Assembly (NCBI GenBank): GCA_964016885.1 | Contig: OZ024755.1 | Coordinates: 7,936,001 to 8,000,000 of the forward strand | Reading direction: 5' to 3' | Origin: Eledone cirrhosa | Taxonomy: Eukaryota | DNA: 64,000 nucleotides | In this document: in pieces, positions 1-12,632 of the stretch | Numbering within the stretch: the first letter of the stretch is position 1 | Layout of the letters: each line of letters starts with the position of its first letter | Notes under the pieces: model-generated | The model's input: the letters and a program-made list of their open reading frames with translations, nothing else | What the model was told of the DNA's origin: nothing | Databases searched by the model: none | Program-made: the position numbers and the translations under genes

Positions 1-245
1 GTTTTCCTTCTCCTAGAATTCTGCCTTGACAAAGGCTAAGGGGTCATCTCTCCCGGTGATTTTGGATGGCCATTGGCTCTTAAGAGCTCCTCTGACAGGT
101 TTTGTTTTTAGTCCTGCAGGATGTCCAAAGTCACCCTCCTCACCAAGAAACCTTGGCGGGGTTGCCAGTTTAGTCGCCAACGACCCGACCATGAGACAGG
201 TTGTACTGGGATACATGTTACCAGTAGCACCAACTGGTGACCTGA
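1..245 (-). mobile_element. RTE-derived non-autonomous element, 5' part (runs off window edge)
   Basis: Reverse complement of 55469-55674 at high identity; contains the RTE 5'UTR-like CTAGGAGAAGGAAAAC; abuts a (CATA)/(TA) tract. Confidence 0.65.
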
Positions 246-365
246 CATATACATATATATATATACATATATATACATATATACATACATATATAAAATT
301 TTATACATACATATATACATATGTGTGTATATATGTATATATATATATATACATACATACAAATA

Positions 366-541
366 TAACGAAAGAAGTGTGGTAAGGAACCAGGTGGACC
401 ATAACGCACCAGAGTACTCGATTCTTTGGGTAGTAGAGTGCGTAATAGGAAAAGAGTCAGGACCCCGACGACTGAACTCCGGTCGTTTCGACAGCTAATT
501 CTGAACGGCCGGACCTCAGCCGTCGGGGTCCTGACTCTTTT

Positions 542-546
<5 letters not shown>
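366..546 (-). mobile_element. Fold-back PLE-like terminus, family A (arms 445-487 / 504-546)
   Basis: Inverted arms TAGGAAAAGAGTCAGGACCCCGACG...CGTCGGGGTCCTGACTCTTTTCCTA; GAGTAC motif; flanked by (TA)n; homologous to 5645, 11466, 26075, 45397, 49843. Confidence 0.65.
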
Positions 547-611
<65 letters not shown>

Positions 612-940
612 TATCAATGTATATATTTATATCTATAATTAATTTTAATACGCTGAACTCACCGGAATGTTGGTAATAAAATGTTGTTGTTATCAGAAAC
701 CATATGCTCTTTTCTTCTTTATTTTATATTTGTCCTTGTTGTTGTTGATATTGTTGTAGTTAATAGTGTTTGAAATGCCATTGTTCCTTTGTTTAAATAT
801 TTCTGCAATCATTTAGAAATAATGAATAGAAGATATAGAGGAGACTATTTTGAACAACATGGGAGTTAATAACTAGGTTAACAATGTGTAACCTACTACA
901 TCCTACACTTATATATAATACCATCAACAGTATACACCAG

Positions 941-1247
941 AAAAACGTGACAACCCATAGAATGTAAAGCATATTCCTAACTACAAACATGGCTGCCGGA
1001 AAGCCGTTAAAGAGGCTACATATAGGAAACCCTCCAATAATATTCAATAAGTCAAACAACAAAACCTCAACAACCCTAAACTAGCCAAAACACGTGGCAA
1101 CCCATGGAATGTGATGCACCTCTCTATATATCTCTAACTACAAACATGACTGCCTGAAAGCTGTTAAAGTTTCCACATATATGAAACCCTCCAATAATAT
1201 TCAATAAGTCAATCAACAAAACCCCAACAACCCTAAACTAGCCAAAA
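941..1247. repeat. Diverged direct tandem duplication (~150-157 bp unit)
   Basis: GAAACCCTCCAATAATATTCAATAAGTCAA...CAACCCTAAACTAGCCAAAA occurs twice in direct orientation. Confidence 0.85.
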
Positions 1248-1269
1248 ATTCACCACACAAAATACACTC

Positions 1270-1455
1270 ACCACCATAGGCGCTGAGCTGGCCAGTCGTA
1301 GGTGTGAGCCTGGCGAGCTGGAATGGCTTTTCCAGCGCGTCTCCCATGCCGTCCACCGGGGAGACGTCTTCTCCATTCTGTCCACCGGGGCTGTGGGGGT
1401 AGGGGGGGGGGGGCACCAATATGATTGACTGACCTGTCATTTTATCAGTCAGATG
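1270..1455 (+). mobile_element. CRE-clade non-LTR retrotransposon 3' fragment (degenerate)
   Basis: Homologous to 48060-48240 (reverse) and 24167-24295; encodes TIGAELASRRCEPGELEWLFQRVS followed by the shared 3'UTR CAATATGATTGACT. Confidence 0.75.
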
Positions 1456-1995
1456 TTGATACCAATTAGACACCGATTTTAATATAATAACCCAGTTAAA
1501 TGATATTTGAATTTAGCGAGTAGGTAGTCCGGTTGATCGAACAACTGAATGCTCATCATTGAAACAGACGGAGGATCTATCAATATCAGAAACATTAACA
1601 CAAATATTGTATCCTACATCACCGTATATTTTGTTCTAGCTTTCACTAGTGTGGTAGCAGCATTAGAAATATTAACAATCATTTAAACACATGGAGGTAT
1701 TTACTATAGAGACTTATGTGAATATACTGCAGTAGAAATATTTCATTAATTGTTTACTATATATCAAATTCTTTGCGTTATACCCCCAATAAGCCCCACT
1801 TTCTTCCCTGTTTTTCTTCACTTGGCACCATAGTGGTCGCCCGCTGGGGAGATGGTGACATGGCACATATCTTCTCTTCAATCGATTAGTTGTCTACACT
1901 CATAAGCACACATATTTACACACACACAATAAATAAATATATATATATGTAAATATATATATATATATACATCTCTCTCTCTATATATATATATA

Positions 1996-2107
<112 letters not shown>

Positions 2108-2174
2108 TATACATATATATATATATAGACACACACACACACACACATATATATATAAAATTATATATATATAC

Positions 2175-2223
<49 letters not shown>

Positions 2224-2270
2224 TATAGACACACACACACATATATATATATAAAATTATATATATATAC

Positions 2271-2329
<59 letters not shown>

Positions 2330-2589
2330 AGATCTTCATTTGCAAGTTTCCTCGTGCGCTCATATAAATACATGCTGCCAAGTTCGAGCATATTAACCCA
2401 AAACGCACCTATTTGCACCCTAGCGTTCCTGCGGCTTCTGCTAACTCCCACCCCAAATTCTACATAGATACATACACACTTACACAAAAGCCACTCACAC
2501 ATATAAACACGCACATAAACACAATTGTTTATATTCACACATTCACACACATCTTTATATATACATATACGAAAATACATTTATATGCA

Positions 2590-3260
<671 letters not shown>

Positions 3261-3846
3261 GCAGTGGAAATAAGCCTTTTAATAGATTGGATGATTTGTC
3301 TACACACTTATACCTCTATATCTTCAACTCTTCAACATATATTATTCTACCATATATATATTTAGAAGCCTCTAGAACTGTCTACACCTTCCCTCAAACA
3401 GTCAGACGGACAGTTTAATCAACACATAGTAATAAAACAAAAATATAAGTCCAATTGGCTTGAGAATTCTTTTATAACATTAACAAGGATTTTTTGTTCT
3501 TATAATTTTTTCCCCCTTTTTCTTATCTTCCCCGTCTCCCAGTCGTGCAGTTGTCACTTCACACACGGCAACGCAAGTGTACCCAATCATAATCATAGTG
3601 ATATAGCCATGCTGTATATACGAATAGATATATCTACACCCTAGTAAATATATGTATGTATATATGTGTGTATGTATGTATAAACGGATGGATAAATGTG
3701 GACATATATATTTCGCTTTTCACTCTTTCTCATATATATATAACATATATTTATGTATATACCTAATTACCTACATATATTACATACATGCACACATATA
3801 ATATATATATATGGGTGTTTTGATGTATGTGTGTTTATAAGCATAT

Positions 3847-3881
<35 letters not shown>

Positions 3882-3908
3882 GGTTTAGGTCCAGCCTCCT
3901 GTTATTTT

Positions 3909-3951
<43 letters not shown>

Positions 3952-4449
3952 TCTGTACGTATATAATTTCCTATGCGTGCAATCATATTCACAACACTTC
4001 ACACGTCACACATCAGACATATATACAACAAAACGTTGACCTCCAAATACAAGTGTTCTTGATTATATCTGCATGCAATTTTACATAGGAATAGCGCTTA
4101 AAACCATATACAACACAGATGGGTTGGTGAGGAGGGACTTCGTTTTTTAGCAGAACAGACCCTAACCTGCCACGAACGCCACCTCTCGGTAGTAAGTTAT
4201 TCAATTTTATGTAAGAAACATTATCAGAAAGAAACAAAAAGAATCTGTACTTTGGCGTACATATGTGTCGTAAACAACTTGTCTGTCAGACTATCGGCCA
4301 TACTCTGTGGAATATCTTTCAACAGATTATAGAATCCAATGTTTTGGCAAGATTACTTAATTTGTTTGGAAACATAGACATTTTCTTTGTCAAAACAGCA
4401 TCACCTCTGCCGCTACCATCACGACCCTCTCTACCACAGTCAGTAGCAT

Positions 4450-5030
4450 AGCCACCAACACCATCAACACCATCACAACCACCACCACCACCACAAACCT
4501 TACCACCACTACCACTAACACCATCACTATCATCACTACCACCACCAACACCATCCCTACCACCAACACCATCACCACCACCAACATAAACCCTACCACT
4601 ACCATTACCACTAACGCCATCACTATCATCCCTACCACCAACACCAACAGCATCATCACTACTGCCACCACGAAGGCCACCATCACCACCACCTCCAACA
4701 GCCCCAAACTCATTATCAGCACCACCACCATCACCACCCCCAACACCACCACCACTAACATCACGAATATAACAGCCCCGAACTCAGCATCAACACCACC
4801 ACCACCACCACCACCACCAACACCACCATTACCATCACCACCACCTCCACCACCATCACCACCACCAACACCACCACCACCACAAACACCACCACCACTA
4901 ACATCACCAATATAACAGCCCCCAAATCATCATCAACACCAGCACCACCATCACCACCACCATCACCACCACCACCACCACCACCACCACCACCACCACC
5001 ACCATTACCCTAATACCACCCACACACTAC
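4450..5030. repeat. (ACC)n-derived trinucleotide tract
   Basis: Direct reading. Confidence 0.9.
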
Positions 5031-5214
5031 CAAGCCTCCAGCTACCGGCTCAGGGCCTGATTAACCCACGGGTCGTCCACCAAATAGACTTCATATCCTC
5101 ACCATTAATTGTTTCTATAAATCAACATCCACCATGAATCTGACTTTTCAACGCAGAGACTCGGCAATGGAAGTTACTGTATTAATAAAGGTTATTATTA
5201 AAACACTAAAAACG

Positions 5215-5380
5215 GGCGGTGGATTGGCAGTATCGGTAGAGAGTCGGACGCCATGCTTTCCAGCATGTCCCTTTACGTTCTGAGTTCAAGTCCCGTCGAG
5301 GTTAACTTTGTCTTTCATCCTTACGGGGTCGATAAAATAAAGTACCAGTAATGCACTTGTGCCTAAAGTAGAAACAATTG
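5215..5380 (+). mobile_element. tRNA-derived Meta-domain SINE with 14-bp TSD
   Basis: Head GGCGGTGGATTGGCAG, B-box GAGTTCAAGTCC, core TTTCATCCTTACGGGGTCGATAAAATAAAGTACCAG; TSD TTAAAACACTAAAA at 5198-5211 and 5381-5394. Confidence 0.9.
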
Positions 5381-5553
5381 TTAAAACACTAAAACAGTGA
5401 GACGTTAGTATATGTATGTATGGATGTATGGATGGATGGATGGATGGATGGACAAGTACATATATGTGTGTGTGTATGTATATTTTATATGTATACATAG
5501 GTATGCATATATATATGTATATATATATATATATATAGTATATATATATATAT

Positions 5554-5591
<38 letters not shown>

Positions 5592-5644
5592 GTGTATATA
5601 TATATATATACTATATATATACTATATATATGTATGTATATGTA

Positions 5645-5770
5645 ACAAAGAGGGTGTGGTAAGATACCAGGGTGGACCAAAACGCACCAGAGTACTCAAT
5701 ACTTAGGGTAGTAGAGTGGGCAATATGAAAAGAGTCTGGACCTCGACGGCCGAGCTCGGGCCGTTAAGAC
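5645..5770 (-). mobile_element. PLE-like terminus, family A
   Basis: GTGTGGTAAG..GGACCA.AACGCACCAGAGTACTC shared with 366-546; lies between TA runs. Confidence 0.65.
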
Positions 5771-5776
5771 ATATAT

Positions 5777-6177
5777 GTCGGTAAATATTGATGCAATTCA
5801 AATGAAGCACTCGGCGCATTTTTCCACATAGGAAAAATTGAGTATATTTAGAATGAGACAATGCGAAGTACTTTCAGATGTTAAAGTCCTTTATTGGTAA
5901 TACTGTGATACATATTTCAATGACGACAGTGGCCACACGATTCTGTGTACCTGTGTACCGTGACAGGGGAAAGGGCAGGCGATTCAGGAACACACACGCC
6001 TTGTCCGTTCCCTTGTCCTTTCTGTTTGGATTGTAACCTTATTACATAGGAAGCTGTCTGATGATGTCACGGCACTGGGTACACAGAATAGTGTGGCCAC
6101 TGTCATCATTGAAATATATATCACAGCATTACCAATAAACGACTTTAACATCTGAAACTACTTCGCATTTTCTCATT
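5777..6177. mobile_element. Fold-back PLE-like element (arms ~5850-5965 / 6065-6177)
   Basis: Diverged inverted arms, hammerhead motif, AATAAA after the ribozyme, GCACTC (=GAGTGC) at 5807-5812, TA flanks. Confidence 0.7.
6053..6127 (+). ncRNA. Minimal type I hammerhead ribozyme candidate
   Basis: GCTGT-CTGATGA-(46 nt)-GAAA-TATATA-TC-ACAGC: perfect 5-bp stem I, palindromic stem III hexamer, UH site; stem II closure is poor. Confidence 0.6.
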
Positions 6178-7187
6178 ATATATATATATGTGGTCTCCTT
6201 TAGTCATGGCTAACCATGGGTTTGAACCTTTCCAAGGTGCAAACCTGGATAGGGCCATTTGTCGAAGCCTTTTAGTTCCCATGCCTACCATTCTCCCATC
6301 TTTCTGGATAGTTGAATGGACTGGTATAATAGAACCCATGAACATAGATACAGGCATATATACATACATATATATATATAAATATATATATATATACATA
6401 TACACACACACACATATATGCACATGTATAAACGCTCACGCGCACACACACATCCATACAAACATATATAAGTGTTTGTCTGTATGCGTATATATGTACG
6501 TGTGTGTTTAAGTATAATAGCCTTCTATTTGATTGAACACTTCATTACGCTAAGTACTGCATGGTGTTCAAACCTCTTATTAACACAACGTACAACATAG
6601 GGGAGTTAATTTCAATAGTGAAATACCAACAGAACTATATTAAAGTTCTTCCAAAATTCAATTATTTTCCTGGATACAATTATTTCAAACAAATTTCTAT
6701 AAATATGAACCAAATTAGAATACGGACATTTATATAAATTGATCAAATATTTTGAAAATGCTAAATGTGAATTTTACTTAGGGTAATATAATTGTGTAAC
6801 ATACAAAACAGACAGACTGAAATTAGTTGAGTTGAAGTAAAAGAAAGTTATTTGATTTGTAAGAATGGGAAATTTATAGAATTGAAATGAAACTAACAAA
6901 AGGTGAATTCAAAAGATTAACTAGAGAATATTAATGTAAAAATATTTCCAAATAATTCTACGCCATGATGAATATGTAAACAACCGCAGACATTTTGATA
7001 CGGGTGGAGTGCATTTCAAAAGCAATGAGTATATATATATATATATATATATGAAATATATGTTTGTATATATACATATATAGATATTTATGTGTGTTTG
7101 TGTGTGTGTATATATATATATGTGTACGCATATATATGTATATGTATATGTATATATACATATATATACATATATATATTTGTGTGT

Positions 7188-7244
<57 letters not shown>

Positions 7245-7286
7245 TATATTTGTGTGTGTATATATATATATATACATATATATATT

Positions 7287-7327
<41 letters not shown>

Positions 7328-8280
7328 GTATATGTGTGTGTGTGAGTGCACATATGTATGTATATATGTAAGTATGTATATACATATTAATAAATTTATT
7401 TGATTATATTGTTGTCCATCTGAAGAGATTAGGCGTAATAAAACCACAAGCTTTCAATCAGTTACTCTCGTAGCTATTGTCCAGATCTCTTTATGACCAG
7501 TTTGATCAAAGCCTTTGTACAGACTGCATCAGCAATAACAGTGAATTGTAAGCCAGGGAGGCATGAAACTGTTCCGCCTCAATATAAATTGGCCAAGCCG
7601 CTTCCACTCGACTAGCTTCAATTATAAAGACTAGCAATAAATGAAACTGACTAAAGCATAATGAAAGTTATGTAGAAAGCAGCTGATTTTGACCTAAATT
7701 AATTGTGTTTGCTTTGCATCATGTTATATGCGTGTTGGTGCAATCTGCAACCAAAATGAACATCCTTTCACACAAAGACGCCAGCAGTCGGTACATATTT
7801 TCGATGCAGCTTTTGTTACTATTTTGTCAGTAGTTATTATCTACTTCTATGGTTTGATTCACCGTTTTACAGTTTGTATTCACATTCACATTGACTTTCA
7901 CCGGCGCAATCATTTTCACATAGAAACCTACAGACATGCCTCGGTAATTTCACGAAATCACTATCAATTTTAGGCCAGTATGCATTTCAGAGATTATAAA
8001 TACATCCACTCATCTTGTGTACACCTGCAGGTTTAATATAGAAGCTCACATTAGAGCTATCTTCTCTTAATAATATGTTCTCGGTATTTGCCTTTCTCTC
8101 TCTCTCTCTCTCTCACTCTCGCTTTCCTTCTGTCTATCTATCTACTTCTGTATCTCTATCTATCGTGTTAGACAGATAGATAGTTATCTGTTCCTCTAAC
8201 TGTATATCTATCAATCAATCTATCTGTGTATCTATCTATCTATCTATCTATTTATCTATATCTATCTATCTATTTATCTA

Positions 8281-8335
<55 letters not shown>

Positions 8336-8844
8336 ATATATATATATATATATATATCTGTCTGTCCGTATGTCTCTCTGTCTGTTTGTTAATTTATTTA
8401 TCTATCTGTCTAGATAGAGATGTCTAGTGTAACTCTCTGAAATATTACTGACGTCCCGACCAACAATGTCGATGACTATGAAATATAGATCACGTGATTA
8501 GACAGCAGGCTGGAGATTCAATTAGGCAGTTTAATTAACGCCGCGAGAATATTAATCTATTATTTACAACGAAATTCTGAGAACTTATCTAGGGCCCCTC
8601 AAAGGGCAGAATGAAACAATGGAAATATAGAACAATCTAGATATCACAATGATATGAACTTCTACATTTATAATAGAGTTCTGGGTAGCGGCGCGGGGGG
8701 GGGGGGGTAATAGAGATGTTTTGGTGTTCAATATTTCCATAGAAGGTAAAAGGATAATGGTTCCAATTGTAACTAAAACAGGCGAATAGATTTAGTTTGT
8801 TCGATACTATACCTCAACATAAAGCCGAGGGTTGCAGCCCGCAA

Positions 8845-8990
8845 ATAGGCCGAGTCGTCAGAATGTTGGATAAAATGTTTTGTAGTATTTGTCCCGACTT
8901 TATGCTAAGAGTTCAAATCCTGATCAGGTCAACTTCCCTTTTCATCCTTTCCCGGTCGATAAAAAGTACTAGTATAGCATTGGGCTCGGT
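8845..8990 (+). mobile_element. Old diverged Meta-domain SINE
   Basis: GAGTTCAAATCC...TTTCATCCTTTCCCGGTCGATAAAAAGTACTAG. Confidence 0.7.
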
Positions 8991-9451
8991 TCTTTCTCTG
9001 AATCTCTTTCTCTCGCTTTCATTCTCTCTCTTTCTTAGGAAGAAATTGGTTGTATTCAGACATGGAGAGGTGATGGACTTTCCTGAAGACACTCTGTATA
9101 TCACTGCGAGTTCCTACCACCCCACCAGGAATTATGGTTACACACCTACATACATACAAGGCAAAGAGTTGGTAGAGTTGTTAGATCGTTAGATAGGCCC
9201 TCATGTAGTCGAAGGGGTACCGTCTTGGTACATGGTATATCTAATATAGGTCTGAACGCAGCCGATTTTTTTCCAGAGAAACAGAAATCTCGTGAGAGAG
9301 GAAATGCTGGAACATTTATCGCAAGGGATCACTTCTGTCAACCACCGTCCCTAACTTTTGTTATGACAGAACACATTTACCTGCCTTTGATTTTAGGTCC
9401 TTTACCCCGCTGCTGGATAATTTTATATAAGAGCTCGTCACATTTCTAACT

Positions 9452-9783
9452 TGACCAAGAAACAATCAATGGCTGTTATCGATATTGATATCTGATCAAG
9501 AAACAATCAATGACTGTTATCGGTATTGATATCTGATCAAGAAACAAACAATGGCTGTTATCGATATTGATATCTGATCAAGAAACAATCAATGACTGTT
9601 ATCGGTATTGATATCTGATCAAGAAACAATCAATGGCTGTTATCGATATTGATATCTGATCAAGAAACAATCAATGACTGTTATCGGTATTGATATATGA
9701 TCAAGAAATCAGCAATGATTGTTATCTATATTGATAACTGATCAATTACTCAGCAATGACTATTATCAGAATTTATATCTGAC
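9452..9783. repeat. 41-bp minisatellite, ~8 units with alternating A/B variants
   Basis: Unit TGATCAAGAAACAATCAATG[G/A]CTGTTATCG[A/G]TATTGATATC starts at 9452, 9493, 9534, 9575, 9616, 9657, then decays. Confidence 0.95.
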
Positions 9784-9856
9784 TGTTCCCTAAAAAAAAC
9801 CTTCCTATGAAGGAATGCTGGAATATGAGATAGTTTCTAATAAATGTTTACAAAAC

Positions 9857-10159
9857 AAGATTATCAAACAGGGACCGAATTATAAATTGAATAATACTAC
9901 CAAATGATATAAATTAATTGTTTCTACTTTTGGCACAAGGCCAGCAATTACGCAGTACATTACTGGTACTTTATTTTATCGACCCCGTAAGGATGAAAGG
10001 CAGAGTCAACCTCGGCGTTTCATCCTTACGGGGTCGATAAAATAAAGTACCAGTAATGTACTGCGTAATTGCTGGCCTTGTGCCAAAAGTAGAAACAATT
10101 AATTTATATCATTTGGTAGTATTATTCAATTTATAATTCGGTCCCTGTTTGATAATCTT
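9857..10159. repeat. Inverted duplication: 142-bp arms, 19-bp spacer, containing SINE 3' half plus unique flank
   Basis: 9857-9998 is the reverse complement of 10018-10159. Confidence 0.9.
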
Positions 10160-10160
10160 A

Positions 10161-10340
10161 ATAATTGTTTCTACTTTTGGCACAAGGCCATCAATTACCC
10201 AGTGCATTACTGGTACTTTATTTTATCGACCCCGTAAGGATGAAAGGCAAAGTTAACCTCGGTGGGATTTGAACTCAGACCGCAAAGGGACGTAACTATG
10301 CTGGAAAGCATGGCGTCCGACCCTCTACCGATACTGCCAA
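10161..10340 (-). mobile_element. Meta-domain tRNA SINE (short subfamily)
   Basis: Reverse complement of the SINE consensus seen at 43475 and 46365. Confidence 0.9.
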
Positions 10341-10508
10341 GCCATAATATAAATTAATAAGGAAACACTAGAATTACTGTGACCAGACTTGGTAATTCAA
10401 GAGGTTAGCATGTAGCGTCACATATAATTTTAAACATTTTCACCTTCCAGTTACTATAGTTGGGGATTAAGGAAGGTATATATATATATGTGTGTCTACA
10501 TATGCAAT

Positions 10509-10550
<42 letters not shown>

Positions 10551-10708
10551 TGCATACACACATAAATATATATGTGAGAAAAACCACAGACCCTCCATCT
10601 CAACTCTACTTTTGAAAAGCAGAAGAACTGCGAAACCGATAAAGGAACCAAATAAATATATATATATATTTTTAAATAAGACTCTCTCTCACTCTGTCTC
10701 TCTCTCTG

Positions 10709-10757
<49 letters not shown>

Positions 10758-10881
10758 GTAGGAGGTGAGTTTTATTGTAGTACAGTAAAGCAATGCAGAT
10801 ATCGGATAAGAAGCACTCTACAGTTTGTAGGACTGGAGTATACATAATATAAGATCAAAAGATGGTTAAAGGAGTTCCATG

Positions 10882-10952
10882 TATTTTATTATGCGCATTT
10901 CAAAAACAAACATCATCATGCAATAATATTTGTGTTTTCATCAGATAAAACA
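10882..10952 (-). ncRNA. Hammerhead ribozyme (mirror copy of 11073-11143)
   Basis: Exact reverse complement within the palindrome. Confidence 0.8.
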
Positions 10953-11072
10953 GGAGAACATGATATGAAGGCTAAAAAAACACTTGTGGATAGTGCAGTT
11001 TTAAATCAACATATGTTGATTTAAAACTGCACTATCCACAAGTGTTTTTTTAGCCTTCATATCATGTTCTCC

Positions 11073-11143
11073 TGTTTTATCTGATGAAAACACAAATATT
11101 ATTGCATGATGATGTTTGTTTTTGAAATGCGCATAATAAAATA
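11073..11143 (+). ncRNA. Minimal type I hammerhead ribozyme
   Basis: TGTTTTAT-CTGATGA-stem II (16 bp, 3 G-U, 1 mismatch, loop GCAT)-GAAA-TGCGCA-TA-ATAAAATA; 8-bp stem I. Confidence 0.85.
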
Positions 11144-11255
11144 CATGGAACTCCTTTAACCATCTTTTGATCTTATATTATATATATATATATATATGTG
11201 TATAGAAATTATTGTGAGCGTGAAGCCAACAGTATTTCATATATATATATATATA

Positions 11256-11449
11256 AGTTATTCTGGGTTGAATCAGAGGTAACCACAATAAGTAAGGTAC
11301 TCAATACATAGCAGGGTATAACAGTTTTAATATAGAAGAGCTTCTACAGGACTAGAACTGTTTTATTCGTGAGAAATCATCAGGGAGCATGATGATTTCT
11401 CACGAATGAAACAGTTCTAGTCCTGTAGAAGTTCTTCTATATTAAAACT
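11256..11449. mobile_element. Fold-back PLE-like element (arms 11323-11382 / 11390-11449)
   Basis: 60-bp arms, 7-nt spacer; (C)TGATGA-TTTCTCACGAAT-GAAAC core-like motif; GTACTC at 11297-11302; TA flanks. Confidence 0.7.
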
Positions 11450-11465
11450 TATATATATATATATA

Positions 11466-11667
11466 TAGGAAAAGAGTGTCAGGACCCCGACGGCTGAGCT
11501 CCGGCCGTTTCGACAGCTCGATCCGAAGAATTCGGATCTAGCTGTCGAAACGGCCGGAGCTCAGCCGTCGGGGTCCTCATTCTTTTCTTATTACTCACTC
11601 TACTACCCTAAGTATCGAGTACTCTGGTACGTTATGGTCCACCGGGTTCCTTACCACACTTTCTTCA
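11466..11667 (+). mobile_element. Fold-back PLE-like terminus, family A (arms 11466-11527 / 11531-11590)
   Basis: Near-perfect ~60-bp hairpin with 3-nt loop; GAGTAC at 11617-11622; TA flanks. Confidence 0.7.
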
Positions 11668-11769
11668 TTATATATGCAGTATATATATATTTTGTGCGTG
11701 TGTGTTATGTTAGCGGACGCAACTGTGTAATCACAGGTTCATCAGACAAGATATTAGTCTTGTCTGATG

Positions 11770-11804
<35 letters not shown>

Positions 11805-11817
11805 GTATGTGTATTAT

Positions 11818-12042
11818 AATAACATTTCTTTCTAATGTTGGCACAAGTCTAGCAATTTGGGAGAAGGGGAAAGTCAGTTATATCAACCTCAGTTCCTAAT
11901 TGGTATTTTATTTTATCGAACCCGGAAAGACAAAATGCAAAGCTGACTTAGGTGAGAATTGAACTCATAACGTATAAAATCATAACTAAATGCCACAAAG
12001 TATTTTGTCTGACGCTCTAACGATCCTACAAATCCACTGCTT
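11818..12042 (-). mobile_element. Old Meta-domain SINE (long subfamily)
   Basis: Diverged match to consensus including the GGGGAAAGTC segment. Confidence 0.75.
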
Positions 12043-12209
12043 TTAAAGTGATGTACCCAGTAAAAAAAAAAAAAAACCGATCAAATTGCCGCCTAGATTT
12101 CCATGGGGAAACTTGAAACCTCGATTCACAGCTTTACGTCTGTGGAAATTCCTATCTTAGTGATTGTGCCACCAGACATTATGAATACAAAAACCGTTGG
12201 TGTACATAT

Positions 12210-12433
12210 ATTGGTTTCTGATTTAGGCACAAGGCCAATCATTTTTTTTGGGGGGGAGGGGGCGATTATATCGCGCGCCAGTGCATTACTGGTACTTTAT
12301 TTTATCGACACCGTAAGGATGAAAGGCAAAGCTAACCTCGACAGGATTTGAACTCATATCGTATACTAAAGGGATGTAACTATATTCTACAAAGGATGTT
12401 AGACGCTCTACCGATACTGCCAATCCACCGCCC
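12210..12433 (-). mobile_element. Meta-domain tRNA SINE (long subfamily)
   Basis: Ends GATACTGCCAATCCACCGCC; core CTGGTACTTTATTTTATCGAC. Confidence 0.88.
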
Positions 12434-12534
12434 TTCAGCCACTACATAATAATTATCCAGGGGCTCCTTCATTAAAATACTCGAAAAATTTCTTGATCTA
12501 CAACCTCATAGAAGACCATATAAGTGGCTTCTCC

Positions 12535-12632
12535 TTCCTCTTCTTCTTCTTCTTCTTCTTCTTCTTCGCTCTTCTTCTTCTTCTTCTTCTTCTTCTTCTT
12601 CTTCTTCTTCTTCTTCTCCTCCTCCTCCTCCC
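12535..12632. repeat. (CTT)n microsatellite
   Basis: Direct reading. Confidence 0.95.

Larger units (their letters stand above)
10757..11181. mobile_element. Fold-back PLE-like element with 338-bp spacerless palindrome (10844-11181)
   Basis: Centre CAACAT|ATGTTG at 11012/11013; hammerhead in both arms; GCACTC at 10813-10818; (TA)n on both sides. Confidence 0.8.

Noticed and set aside
7415-7450. CTGAAGA followed by a small hairpin
   Set aside because: Followed by AAAA rather than GAAA, with no stem I or III.
9452-9783. CRISPR-like regular repeat
   Set aside because: Contiguous tandem units with no unique spacers, no cas genes, eukaryotic context.
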